Positions 11,782 through 22,697 of a stretch of 64,000 nucleotides of DNA are shown here, piece after piece. Position 1 is the first letter of the stretch; each line of letters opens with the position of its first letter. A model generated the notes under the pieces. The model worked only from the letters and a program-made list of their open reading frames with translations, was not told where the DNA came from and made no database searches. The stretch comes from Macrostomum lignano (taxonomy: Eukaryota): contig NIVC01002011.1 in the NCBI GenBank assembly GCA_002269645.1, forward strand, positions 149,505 to 213,504. Reading direction: 5' to 3'. The translations under genes were made by a program, and so were the position numbers.

Positions 11782-12268
11782 AACCAAGAAACAGTGTCCC
11801 CAACCAAGAGACACTGTCCCCAACCAAGAGACACTGTCCCCAACCAAGAGACACTGTCCCCAACCAAGAGACACTGTCCCCAACCAAGAGAAAGCATCCC
11901 TAACCAAGAGACCGCGTCCTCAGAAATAAGAGACAGCGTCCCTAACCAACAGACAGCGTCCCCAACTAATAGACAGCGTCCCTAACCAAGAAACAGCGTC
12001 CCTAATCAAGTGAAAGCGTCCCCAACCAAGAAACAGCGTCCCTAACCAAGTGACAGCGTCCCTAACCAAGAAACAGCGTCCCTAATCAACTTAAAGCGTC
12101 CCCAACCAAGAGACAGCGTCCCTAACCAAGTGACAGCGTCCCTAACCAAGTGACAGCGTCCCTAACCAAGAGACAGCGTCCCTAATCAAGTGAAAGCGTC
12201 CCCAACCAAGAGACAGCGTCCCTCACCAAGTGACAGCGTCCCCAACCAAGAAACAGCGTCCCTAACCA
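11782..12268. repeat. 20-bp minisatellite (aaccaagagacactgtcccc / aaccaagagacagcgtccct)
   Basis: About 24 tandem units with period 20 and two unit subtypes. Confidence 0.95.
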
Positions 12269-12933
12269 AAAGAATCCCAGGACAGTGGGTAATATCCCAA
12301 CTTGCTGCAGCAGCAGCAGCCACTGCCGTCGAACTGCACTCGGCCATCGACAATGAAGCCGATGAAGTGGACAGCTCGAAACTCCAACCTGCACTCTCCC
12401 ACAGACTGCAAGCCAAGTCAAGCTTGTTCAGATTCTGCTCTCTGGTTAAAAGACAATAAAGTATAAAATTTTAAAGCAAGTGGACGCAGAACTTCATTCC
12501 TGACACTTGTCGCTGATTTTATTGGAATTATCCACTTGATTGATTGGCTTGACTGGCTTGTACCGGCATAATGTGAAATAGAATTTAGGAAATAATAAAG
12601 TTCACTGAACAAGTATTGGGCTAGTTAAAAAACGTATTTAAAAGGAACAAAGGGAACCATTTTATTCACGGAGAAGCCAAAAGTAACAGTTTGCTGCTAG
12701 CGACATTTATAAGATATCAAGCTTCAGTTTTATATTTTTATTGTTCCAATTATGAAAAAAATTGCGTCTTAGAATCCGAAACAAAACTTTAACCAGTACT
12801 GTAACTGTAACAAAATTTCAAAAATTTTCGTTTAATTGTTTCGAACATGAATCTGATTTCTCACATAGCAGCCTTGTATTTTAAAAGCCAACTTTCTGAG
12901 TTAAAAAAGGCACATCAGCCGTGCAGTTGCAGC

Positions 12934-15900
12934 TCAGTCGGACGGCCGGACGTCCCATGGTGCGCTTTCGTCAGTGTTGATTACCTGGCGATAAGTAGAG
13001 AAGATGAGGATAAGCGTGTGTAAAAATGATGTAAATAACTGCGTAAAGGTGGTTTCTAACATGACCGACACTAAACAAAAACAGACAGGATCACCTGTCG
13101 TAACAGACAGGATCACCTTCTTAAGCTGAAACTTCGCAAAGTCTAAGCTGCACAAGATTAAAATTTCACATCTTCGAAAACAGAAAAATTCAGTCACTTC
13201 TACTCGCTCAAACCAAATTGTAAAAAAAAATTCGCTGTTACTTATGAAAGCTCGATTAAAACGAAATTCGACTTTCGAGTCACCGCTCCTCCAGGGAGAC
13301 CCGACAATTTTTAGCACCTGTAATATGTCAGGAGTAATAATGCGACAGGGCTCTACCCTGAGGTGCATGCGGCCAGCCCCATATATTGATAACCCCAGAA
13401 CCGGTTCGTGGTCAGGTTCGTCAGAGCAACCGGACGGGATTTGTACCCTAGCAACCCTAGCAATCAGAACAAGCTGTACAGGAAGGACCTCAGGACCCGC
13501 CCTGACTGGCTAGCTGAATGGGCGGAAGCTAGGCCATGATCAGCCATGATCTCCTTGGTCTCAACGAGCCCTCAACGGGTTTCCCCAGGCACTCACCTCA
13601 GCCACCAGCCCACCTCCACAGGCCAGGCGGATTCGCTCCGAGGTCGCCGGCGAGTCCAGCTGGAAGCTGAGCTGGCCCTGATGACCGTTCGGAAGCTCGA
13701 CCTGGCTGTCCAACCTGGCCGCCAGCACCGCCTGCCTGATGGCCGTCAGCACCGAGGCTGCCAGGTTCAGCGGCGGCTCGCCGACCGCCTTGGACGAGTG
13801 AACGGCTTTGGGGTGCTCGCAGCGGCTGCCTCTCAGCAGGCGGATGTTCAGCTTCTCCGGGATGTCAGAGAAGCCAGGAATTTTGTAAGCGCCGGGCCCG
13901 CGGGTCAAGAGGCGGCCATCGGGCGAGTAGCGAAGGTCTTCGATGGTGTACAAGCCGCAGCCCTGCGTGAAGGCGCCTTCCACCTGGCCGATGTCGACAG
14001 CCGGGTTGAGGCTGGCGCCGAGATCCATAACGATGTCGCAGCGTCGGATCACGTGATCGCCGGTCAGGGCGTCGATTTCCACCTCAGAGCAGGCGGCTCC
14101 GTAGGTGAAGTAGAGGGCAGAGTCGCCCCGGCCGCTGCGCCTGTCCGCGTCCTCCTTGGGCGGATTGAAGCAGAAGCCGCAGGCCGAGAGGCTGACGCCA
14201 GCCAGGTAGGCGGCGCCAACCCAGTCCTCCCAGGCGGCGGTCGGGTTCGCCTCGACGAATGGCGCCAAGCGTCGGCGCAACTGCAGGCAGGCGTCGAGAA
14301 CAGCCGGAGCGTTGATGTCGGTTGTTATGGAAGCGGCCGATGACGTTGTGTTTGGAACCTGTAAAGAGGCGTTGATAATTATTTGTAGTGCACAGAATTA
14401 TTCCCGCCCGCTTAAGAGTGCATCAATGACAAAAGCGCGAGTACGAGTGAGGTACATGTACTAAAGCACGGCTTGGTCGTGTGTCCACGCCCATAGACAC
14501 TCGTGCGCTACGCGCACTCGTGTTATGAGCGTTGCTACACTCCGAGCCGTGCTTTAGTTACATTGTTTTTCTGTCCGTGCATCAATGCCGTCCTTAAGTT
14601 TTTCTTATTTTGCGTTTTGTCTATGGTAGTGTTCAGCGCCGTTCCGGGGGTGTGGGGCGGAGCCCCCACATAAGCCAGCTAAAATTTAATATTCAGAAAA
14701 ATTGTATGTATATACTTATGTCTATGGTATGAACTAAATGGTTCGTACTATTTCACTTTTACCAGACCATAGACTATGTCCTACGAAACATTGCTATATA
14801 GATAGTGAGTTAAGGAAACGAGAAAGGATTTCTCAGTTGACGAGCTGTAAAAATGACTACGGCCCGGCTTCCTCATTGGGACGCTTTCCCTGGCGGAATG
14901 ATAAGTGGACTTACTGGCGCCGAGATCGAGAAGTACATGGATAATTCGTTCCTGTCCTTTTTCTCTCTCTCTCCACCCTTCTCTGTGACCCCCCCCCCCT
15001 GGTCCAGCCGATCAGCTCTGTCCTGCGCGGCACGCTGATTGGCTGGGCTTGACTATCGTCTGCTCTGTCTCTTCCCCGTTTTGGGTATTTATTATGCCAT
15101 CTGGGTTCCCCAGTCCATGCACTAACTTGGGCTCCTGTGGCGATTTGCTCTGACTGTACCACATCGACCGTCTCTAACTGCCAATAAACAATCGAACCCA
15201 GTAACAGCCAGCTATAAGTACACGACCGGTAGGCTCTGTCTCCTGCGATCTTTCGGGATTGTCATATCCGCTACTAGGTCTCATACATGTATGTATTTAT
15301 GATAGGGTCACTATATACCTTTTTTATATTTGATCGCCTGAGCATCCCAATGCCCCGCTTAATACAATCGTAACACTAATTTATTTTATAGTACTGGGGC
15401 TGAAAACCCAAATTAACCCTCGTTACTAGAAAGTCATCTACTATACTCAAACCAGAGCTATTCTGTCTCAGCTATGCTCAAACCCTGCCTCTGCTATCGC
15501 TGTCTCTAGATCAAAAGAATCCAACCTTGTCCGTGGAAGTCTCTGCAATGTACAGCCGCCCGATGGGCAGTTGAAGAGCCCTGGCGGCTACCTGGAGCAG
15601 CTTGGTGTGCACCCCCTGGCCCATTTCCACTCCGCCGTGACAAATCAGCACGGAGCCGTCCAGATAGATGTTGACAGTGGCTCCGCTCTGCAAGAGGAAT
15701 TTTTTGCCCATGCTGATGCTGTAGGCGATAGGGCAGAGGGACAGACCGCGTTTCTTGTGCCGGCTGGCGTGATTGAAGACCTCAAGCTCGCGCAGGCGGC
15801 CATGATAGTCGGAGGCGGCCAGGCACTCCTGCCAGCAGCGCCACAGGTTGTCGCTCTTCACCGGAGCTCCGTTCGGCGTGATCTCGCCGGAGCGGAACAG

Positions 15901-18900
15901 GTTCAGCTCGCGAATCTGGCACTGCGAGAGGCCCATGGATTCGGCCAGGTGTGACACCGCCGTCTCCATGATGGCGCAGGCCTGCGGAGTGCCAAACGCC
16001 CGGAAGGCCGTGTTGGAGGCGAGGTTGGTGCGGCACAGCCGGATCTCAATGCTCAGGCTGGCTAGCCGGTAGGTCTCCATGCAGGCGTGCAGCATCCGTC
16101 CAGCCACCTGTTCGGACATGTCCAGCGTACAGCCGGCGTTCAGCAAGATGAGCAGGCGCAGCCCGATCAGCCGGCCGTCTCTGTCCGCTGCCAGCTTGTA
16201 GCGCGCCTTGACTGGGTGACGACCTCCGGACACCGCCATGTCGTCCCAGCGGTCCAGTACGGCCCGCACCGGCCGGCCGAACTTCAGTGCGGCCACCGCA
16301 GCCGGAGTGGCGAGCTGGCTCGGCCGCGTCTCTTTGCCGCCGAAGCCGCCGCCGATCCGCTTGACCTTCACCACGATGCGATTCCTGGCCAGCCCCGTCA
16401 CCTTGGACAGGTCGCTCTGCATGCCGCTCGGGTTCTGACTGGTGGCGTAAACTAGCAGCTCCGAGCCGCCGTCCTTAGGCTCCACCAGGACGGAGAAGGG
16501 CTCGAAGTAGAAGTGCTCCTGGCCTCCGACATTCATCTCGCCCTCAACGCAGTGCTCAGCCGTGGCGAACGCCTCGTCAACATCGCCAACAGTCAGCTGC
16601 TTCCAGTGTTCCTCCGGAAAGAAGCTGTCGTAGGCGGCCGCGTTTGAGATGGTGACCACAGGCAAGCGCTCCGCAGGCCCGTACTGCACGCGCACTAAAC
16701 GGGAAGCTCGACGCGCCGTGTCGCGGTCCGCGGCCAGCACACCCGCCAGGAACTGGCCAGTGAACATCACGTCGGAGCTTGCGAAGACCGGCTCGTCATC
16801 GAATGCGTAGCCGTACAAGTTGCTGCCCGGAACGTCTCGGCTGTCCACGAAACCGGCCACGCCGTCCATCGCCAGGGCGTCCGTAAAGTCGATGCCGACC
16901 ACCGTCGCTCTGGCCCGGTCGCTCATCACCGGCGCCAGGAACAGCTCGCCGGTGGCCGCCTGTGCGTCGTCAGTGTACATGGCTTCTCCCGTCACCTGGG
17001 CGATAGCGCTAGCGTGGGAAACTGGCCGCCCCACGAGGTCCTCGATCGGTTGGTCTGCCGGGACGGACTCAAACACCTGCGTGGCCGACAGTGGTCGTCG
17101 GTCGAGTTCGTCTACAGCGGACACGTCGAACGGAAGTCCGACGTCGCGGCAGACGCGCTGGTAGAAGCGGAACAGCATCGAGGCGGCTAGCGTAGACCGG
17201 TAGGCGGCCTGTCCTCCCGGAGCGCCCCAGGCGACCGCAGCCTCTGTCTTCAGCTGGCGCAGGCCCGCCTCCAACGCGTCGCCGTCCTCCCAGCGGCGCC
17301 CGACCATGGCGGCGGCGGCCTGTCCAGCCGACAGCACAGTTGGCGCCAGACCGCCGAAGCAGAGACGAGCGGCGGCTACTTGATCTCCGCCGGGCCCCAG
17401 GTCGACCCAAATTGCTGCGTTCACGATGGCGATGTCGTCCTCTTTTCGCCGAGCCTGCTTGACGGCGTAGCAGTGCTGCCGCTCGGAGCAGAAGGGTATC
17501 GACACACTGCGCAGTACCTCGTCAGGCCTGGCCGCCGTGCGTCTGTAGCCGACGAAGAAGCTTTGGTCCGCTGCCACGTTGCGCTCTCCGCCTGCGGGCA
17601 AAGCAAGGATCCTTATGGGTTGTCATGGGGCTCTGCGGTTTATGAACATGATGTGGTTTAATGAAACGGTGCATGTTCTCGTAGAGATGGCTTAGACAAC
17701 AGCTCAGACTCACGCAGCGACGCCAGCGTCAAGGTGGCTCCTAGAGCTCCGAGAAGAGGAATCAGGTCCGAGATCGGGCTGGCTGTCATTACATTGCCGC
17801 CGATTGCCTGCAGAAAAAGCAAAAGTCGGTCAGTTTCCAGATGAAGGCGAATCAGGCCGACAGTTGACTCACAGAGACCAAAGAGTCAAGCAGTCTTGCC
17901 CGTTCCCCCGCCCATCTCAATTACCGCAACGTTGCGGATCTGCGGCCCGGCAAACTGGTCCAGCATATCCAGCAGGGCCCGGCAGCCGCGCTTCTGGTGC
18001 TCCAAGGACAGCCCACCGGCCTTGGCATCCGAGCACAGGCGCCGGCACAGCTGCGCCAGGCGTGTTAGGCTTACGCTGGCGCCAATCACAAAGCCGGCGG
18101 GTGTCGCCTCCATTGACGTCAGCTCAGGCACGCCGGAAGTGCAAATTAGATGCGGATAAATGGCGCCCTTCTGCTTGGTCTCGATGCCTGGGCATGGTTC
18201 ATTCGGTGAGGTGCATTGCATTTATCTAAGATACTGAAATTCATTCTACAGATATGATATTGGTACTACTGACAAGAAAGCCACATATATTGGTGCAACT
18301 GACAAGATAGCCACAGATTTTGATACTGTTGACACGATACCCACTGATATTATCGGTACTAATTACAAGATTCCAACTACCAGTAATCCTACTGGCAAGC
18401 ATTCATGATCTGTGAACCAAAACTCACCAATCTCGCTATTTCCCACAACCAGCTTAGCTTCGGGGTGCTCAGATTTGAGCTGCAGAAGCCGCTCCAGGCT
18501 GACTGGCCGATGCCACGTGACCCGATCTGAGGTGAAGCGTAGCTCACTTGCGTCGTACCGGTCCGTCAGCTAGATGAATTTAAATTGGCGATTTGGTTAA
18601 ACTAAATTCCAGAACAAATGCACAGCTTTCAATCCCGGTTCGAAATCGAACAACCTGCAGCTCGCTGGGGAACAGCGGCTCCTGGCTGGGATCGTAAGGC
18701 AGCAGGTCGGTCGTGTCAAACAACTCCGTTGCCACCCCGGAGCCCTTTGCATCCATGCAGCATCCGGAGGAGCCTCGGCCGCCGCCGCAGCAACCGCTGC
18801 TGTCGCCGCCGCCACCGCAACGCAGAGACCTCAGGCCGTCCAGTATGGGTCGATAGCCGGTACAGCGGCATAGGTTGCCCTGAAGACTGGCCGTCAGCTC

Positions 18901-21900
18901 GGCGTCTGTAGGATGTGACCGCTCTCGCAGCAGGCTGTAGGCGGACATCAGGACGCCGGGCGTGCAAAAGCCGCACTGGGAGCCGTGCGCCCTGGCCAGG
19001 CGCTCCTGCACAGCGTGCAGCGCCCCGCTTCGCCCGATGCCTTCGATAGTGGTGACGGAGGCGCCGTGCACCGAGCAGAGGGGCGCCAGACAGGCGTTGA
19101 CGGCGAGGTGCAGCGGCGAGTCGGCCCGCCGGTCCCATCGAGAGATCATCACGGTGCAGGCGCCGCAGCCGCCCTCTCCGCAGGCGAGCTTTGTGCCGGT
19201 GAGATGCACTGGGGGCGGAGCGGGTGAAGGGCAATTTACTGTTAGCTTGGCAGAAGGCCAGGTTTAAGCTAGTCCGAGAAAAGACGAAGTGGCTAAAGCT
19301 AAGCGAGATATTTTATATTTTATAGTGCCGTCTACGCTAGAGAATGTGCACTGAGAATAAAACAAATGAGTGGACGAGCACAGGAGAACGAAGATGATGT
19401 TTCCTAATTGAGAATGAAGATTGAGAATTGAGAATGGATAAAAATGCAGATTTAACTAATGTTTCAATGCGAGCGGCGACAGGTTTGTTCGACTAGAACT
19501 GCCTAACAAAAAAATTAGGCGGTCTCCGATTCTTCTCAGAGCGACGACGCCCAGCAGTCGTCGACTCGTCCAGCAGTTCGTCCAGGTCCGTCGCGCTTTA
19601 ACAGTACTGGGCGGCCGACCGTCTTCTGCTGCATGCGGGCCCGCTCTCCCTTGTTCAGGACTCGGACGCGTATGTTATGGGAAATTCGTGCAGCTTGCTG
19701 AGGACGCCCGCAAAGCCCCCTGCTGCTATCACAGCTAGCACAGACGGAATCCCTTGTAGAATTCCGGAATCTTCCGCACTGGAGGCGCCGAAAAGCGCTG
19801 ACTTCAGCTTCTGTAGGGCCAGTTTGCACTCCGTATTTCACCGTAGCTGCCGCCCCTTCTGAGCTGTTTGATGTAGTGGATTTGCGATGCTGGCCAAGTG
19901 TGGGACGAATTGGGCAGAAGCTCATCGTACCAACAAGCCGATGAATGTCTTCGGCGCAATCAGGAGTTGGGATGGACTGGATGGCGCTGATCTTGTTCTG
20001 AGTTGGCTGAATCCCCTTGGCAGATGTTTTTTGTCCCAGGTACTCAGCTCCGGGTTGATTTTGAATCCAACCTATTTATCAGTTTCTTCATCAGATCCTT
20101 GAAGCTTTGCAGCTTCAAATTTGTTAATTGCCTGATTAGAGCTCCAAACTCAGGCGCTCAGATTGCAGACGTCCACTGGCAGGTTGCCATCAACGCTTGA
20201 CACCACGAGCGCCCTGTTCGGCAGCAGGCCCGTCTTGTCGATGAAATCAGAGCTGGGCTTAAACTGATCCTGCTCGACGGACGACGGCACCTTTACCGGG
20301 ATTATGACGCAGACAGGTATCGTCACAGTACTGGCAAATCATTTGGGCACCACTCGGCAGGCTGGCGCGGGGCTTCTATCATGAAAAATGGAGATCCTGG
20401 TTGACCCAAGCTGAACAGAAGACATCCGGAGGTCCACTATGAAACTTGAGCATATCTTGCCGATGGCGTCGAAGCCGAGTACGCATTTCTGTTGGATATC
20501 GACAACCACCGTCCGCTGATGCTCTGTTGGCGGCAGACCACCGGCGGCAGGCCAGCGTTGCACTCCCTGGAGACTCCAAGCGTTGGCGTGCAGATGTTGG
20601 ATAGCCACCTAGAATCAGTTGAAGAATCTTCCTGGATGCTGCCCCTGTGTCAGGCTCATTTTCCTCTTTCACGTGAATTGCCGCGGCTGCTGATTGTGGT
20701 GACTGGTCGCGGCCAGGTCTGCCAGCTGCTCCTGCATCTGCTCCAGTCGATCAGATACTTGATTGCTAACTGATATCAACGCTTGCAGAGGCTTCCTTGC
20801 TGCCGATGCTCTTCAGCTTTGTAGCAAATAGGTTAATTCCATGGAACTTAAATGCACTTCAATTTCAGAGCTGACTTTGTCACAATCGGGCTCTTTCGGT
20901 AAAACTTCGAGAATTCTCCCTAGGTAGCAGTGCTACAAAATCTTCGAACATCTGCAGCCACATGTTAATGTTGGCATCGTCTGCACACAAAAAATTAGGT
21001 GGCAAAAGTTCATTCACATGCGCCATGAGTGAGCCGGCTCGAGTTAGAGACCGCTGCCACCGATGTACGACCCTAGCCAATGTACCCTGAGTAAAAACAC
21101 AAAACTGCACGCTCACACGAGAGAGCGAAATTGATGTCGTTTGCGGTACGAAGACGGCTTGGCTGTCAAATCGCCGTTGGAGGCAATTTAAATTGGGAAA
21201 CGGTTTTGTGTAGAAGGGTGTAGAATGTCTTTTAGATATTATTCGTATTAGAGTATTGGCTGATTATCTAAAGTTCAATTAAAATAGTTAATAATTAAAT
21301 GTACTTTTATGCATAACAAGAAAAAATAGCAAGTGTTACATTTTCGCCGCAGATACGAGATTAACGTCTCTTCCGGATCCGGTGCGGATTCCACAATCTG
21401 AAAAAATAGAAGTACGATACTCTATACGCACTACTTTCACAAAAAACAGTAGTATTTATGACCTATCATATTGCCTGTCTTGTTTTTTCTAGTATTCACA
21501 GAGACTAATTTATTTAAGTAGCTGATAATACTACATAAAATGGTTTCCAGCTCCTAGGGTCACTGCAGTTTGAAGGCCCAAGCTATAGAAGTGCACTAGA
21601 AACTAAGAAAAACGAAAAAGAAAATTTTCAGCGCGACGTTCTGGGTCGATAATATTCATGAACTCAGCGTGCAAACGTGCAGTACACAGTTTGGCACCAC
21701 TGACTCCCAATTAATCTCCCCTGACACTCAATTAGGTACCCCTGGCACTCAGTTAAGTGCCCCGTGACGCTCAATGACGCCCCTGACACTTAATTAGGCG
21801 CCCTCTGGCAATTAGGCGCCCCTGACACTTAATTAGGCGTCCTCTAGCAATTAGGTGCCCCTGACAATTAAATGCATCTGACACTCAGTTAAGCGCCCCG

Positions 21901-22032
21901 TGGCACTCAATTAGGCGCCCCTGACACTAAAGTTGCTACTATTACTAACCCTGGGTTTGGCCATCCGGAAGAATTTCGTCAATTCAAACTTACCTTCATC
22001 TGATTAACATAGAATACGAGTTTGGTCTCCAT
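12934..22032 (-). CDS. xdh: Xanthine dehydrogenase/oxidase-like molybdo-flavoenzyme, paralog A (9 exons, 1342 aa)
   Basis: Exons 22032-21994 ([13 protein letters not shown]), 21397-21340, 19208-18655, 18569-18428, 18187-17925, 17807-17714, 17591-15526, 14358-13597, 12984-12934 (APWDVRPSD*). All junctions are GT-AG and phase-consistent, total 4029 nt. Motifs: 2Fe-2[31 protein letters not shown]; [27 protein letters not shown]; Moco [40 protein letters not shown]. Confidence 0.95.
14460..14558. mobile_element. ~100-bp MITE in XDH-A intron 7
   Basis: TIRs actaaagcacggcttgg / ccgagccgtgctttagt. The interior ccatagacactcgtgcgctacgcgcactcgtg recurs at 22698-22735. Confidence 0.7.
14960..15206 (+). 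mobile_element. 3' part of a solo LTR in XDH-A intron 7 (homologous to 29935-30416)
   Basis: Clear homology to 30170-30416; ends aataaac...cccagtaaca. Confidence 0.6.
19240..21180 (-). mobile_element. Highly decayed Gypsy-like remnant in XDH-A intron 2, absent from paralog B
   Basis: Protease-like [14 protein letters not shown] and RT-connection-like FIGLLV...[15 protein letters not shown]...[13 protein letters not shown]; no counterpart in 34681-34951. Confidence 0.6.
21700..21935. repeat. ~21-bp minisatellite (caattaggcgcccctgacact) in XDH-A intron 1
   Basis: About 10 degenerate units; an orthologous array lies at 35455-35635 in paralog B. Confidence 0.85.
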
Positions 22033-22102
22033 GTCCAAACGGTCTCCGAGTAGATTCAGATGTATCGACTGAGTTTCAATAGAGTTAAAACAGAATATTA
22101 CA

Positions 22103-22122
22103 GAGTTTAAATATTTAAACTC
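22103..22122. promoter_or_regulatory. Palindromic AT-rich element ~70 bp upstream of the XDH-A ATG
   Basis: Perfect 20-bp palindrome gagtttaaatatttaaactc; the 18-bp core is conserved at 35811-35828 upstream of XDH-B. Confidence 0.35.
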
Positions 22123-22697
22123 ACTCTAAGTCAATCCCACCTTTATCTGTAGTCATGGAATACTAGACTTAGAGACGTCTGGCTTGCCCCCCCATGCATC
22201 TTGTAGGGCCCTGCATAAGAGTGGCTGTGTGCGTCGCCACCTTATGAGTGGCCCTAGGAGAATGACTGCTAAAGTAACTGCGCTTAGATTTAGCGCAGCT
22301 ATAAGATAACGAACCACATGCCAGTTATATTACTCTTCGTGCTAGTCTCCGCTCAGTGTTCGTTGCTCTCGTTTTATGATAATCGGCTTTTAATTTCCCA
22401 TTTTTTCATTCCTTGTACGCAATTGAAGTGCATTTAAGTTCCATGGAATGTACCTATTTGCCAGCCGATACTTTACTCACGAGTCGTTTCCCCACCGGGT
22501 GTTACCCACCCGCCGGTAAATTGCTTTATTGTCAATTTCAAACAATGATCGGTCATTGCTTGACATGTCATTGCCTTAACGTAAATTACCATAGAAATTT
22601 TGAACAATGACGCATTAATGCACGCTAATTGATCTTTCATATGGTCTTCTCAACAGTTGGCAATTCGATAGATGCACGGCTTGATCTTGCAATAATG

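Noticed and set aside
13561-13596. XDH C-terminus [11 protein letters not shown] from the ORF track (and the 28998 extension in paralog B)
   Set aside because: A gtgagt donor follows ...GGLVAE, and a conserved terminal exon (PWDVRP/PWEVRP) exists in both paralogs.
13546-14343. Long plus-strand ORFs opposite XDH exons (also 29085-29894, 15571-15954, 30864-31247) and opposite dynein exons (e.g. 56217-57059, 45954-46568)
   Set aside because: Antisense shadows of GC3-rich coding sequence; no recognisable motifs.
19230-21190. Apparent 9-bp TSD ggcaattta around the XDH-A intron 2 insert
   Set aside because: Paralog B has two ggcaatgt-containing repeats at the same place, so the duplication may predate the insertion; Gypsy TSDs are 4-6 bp.
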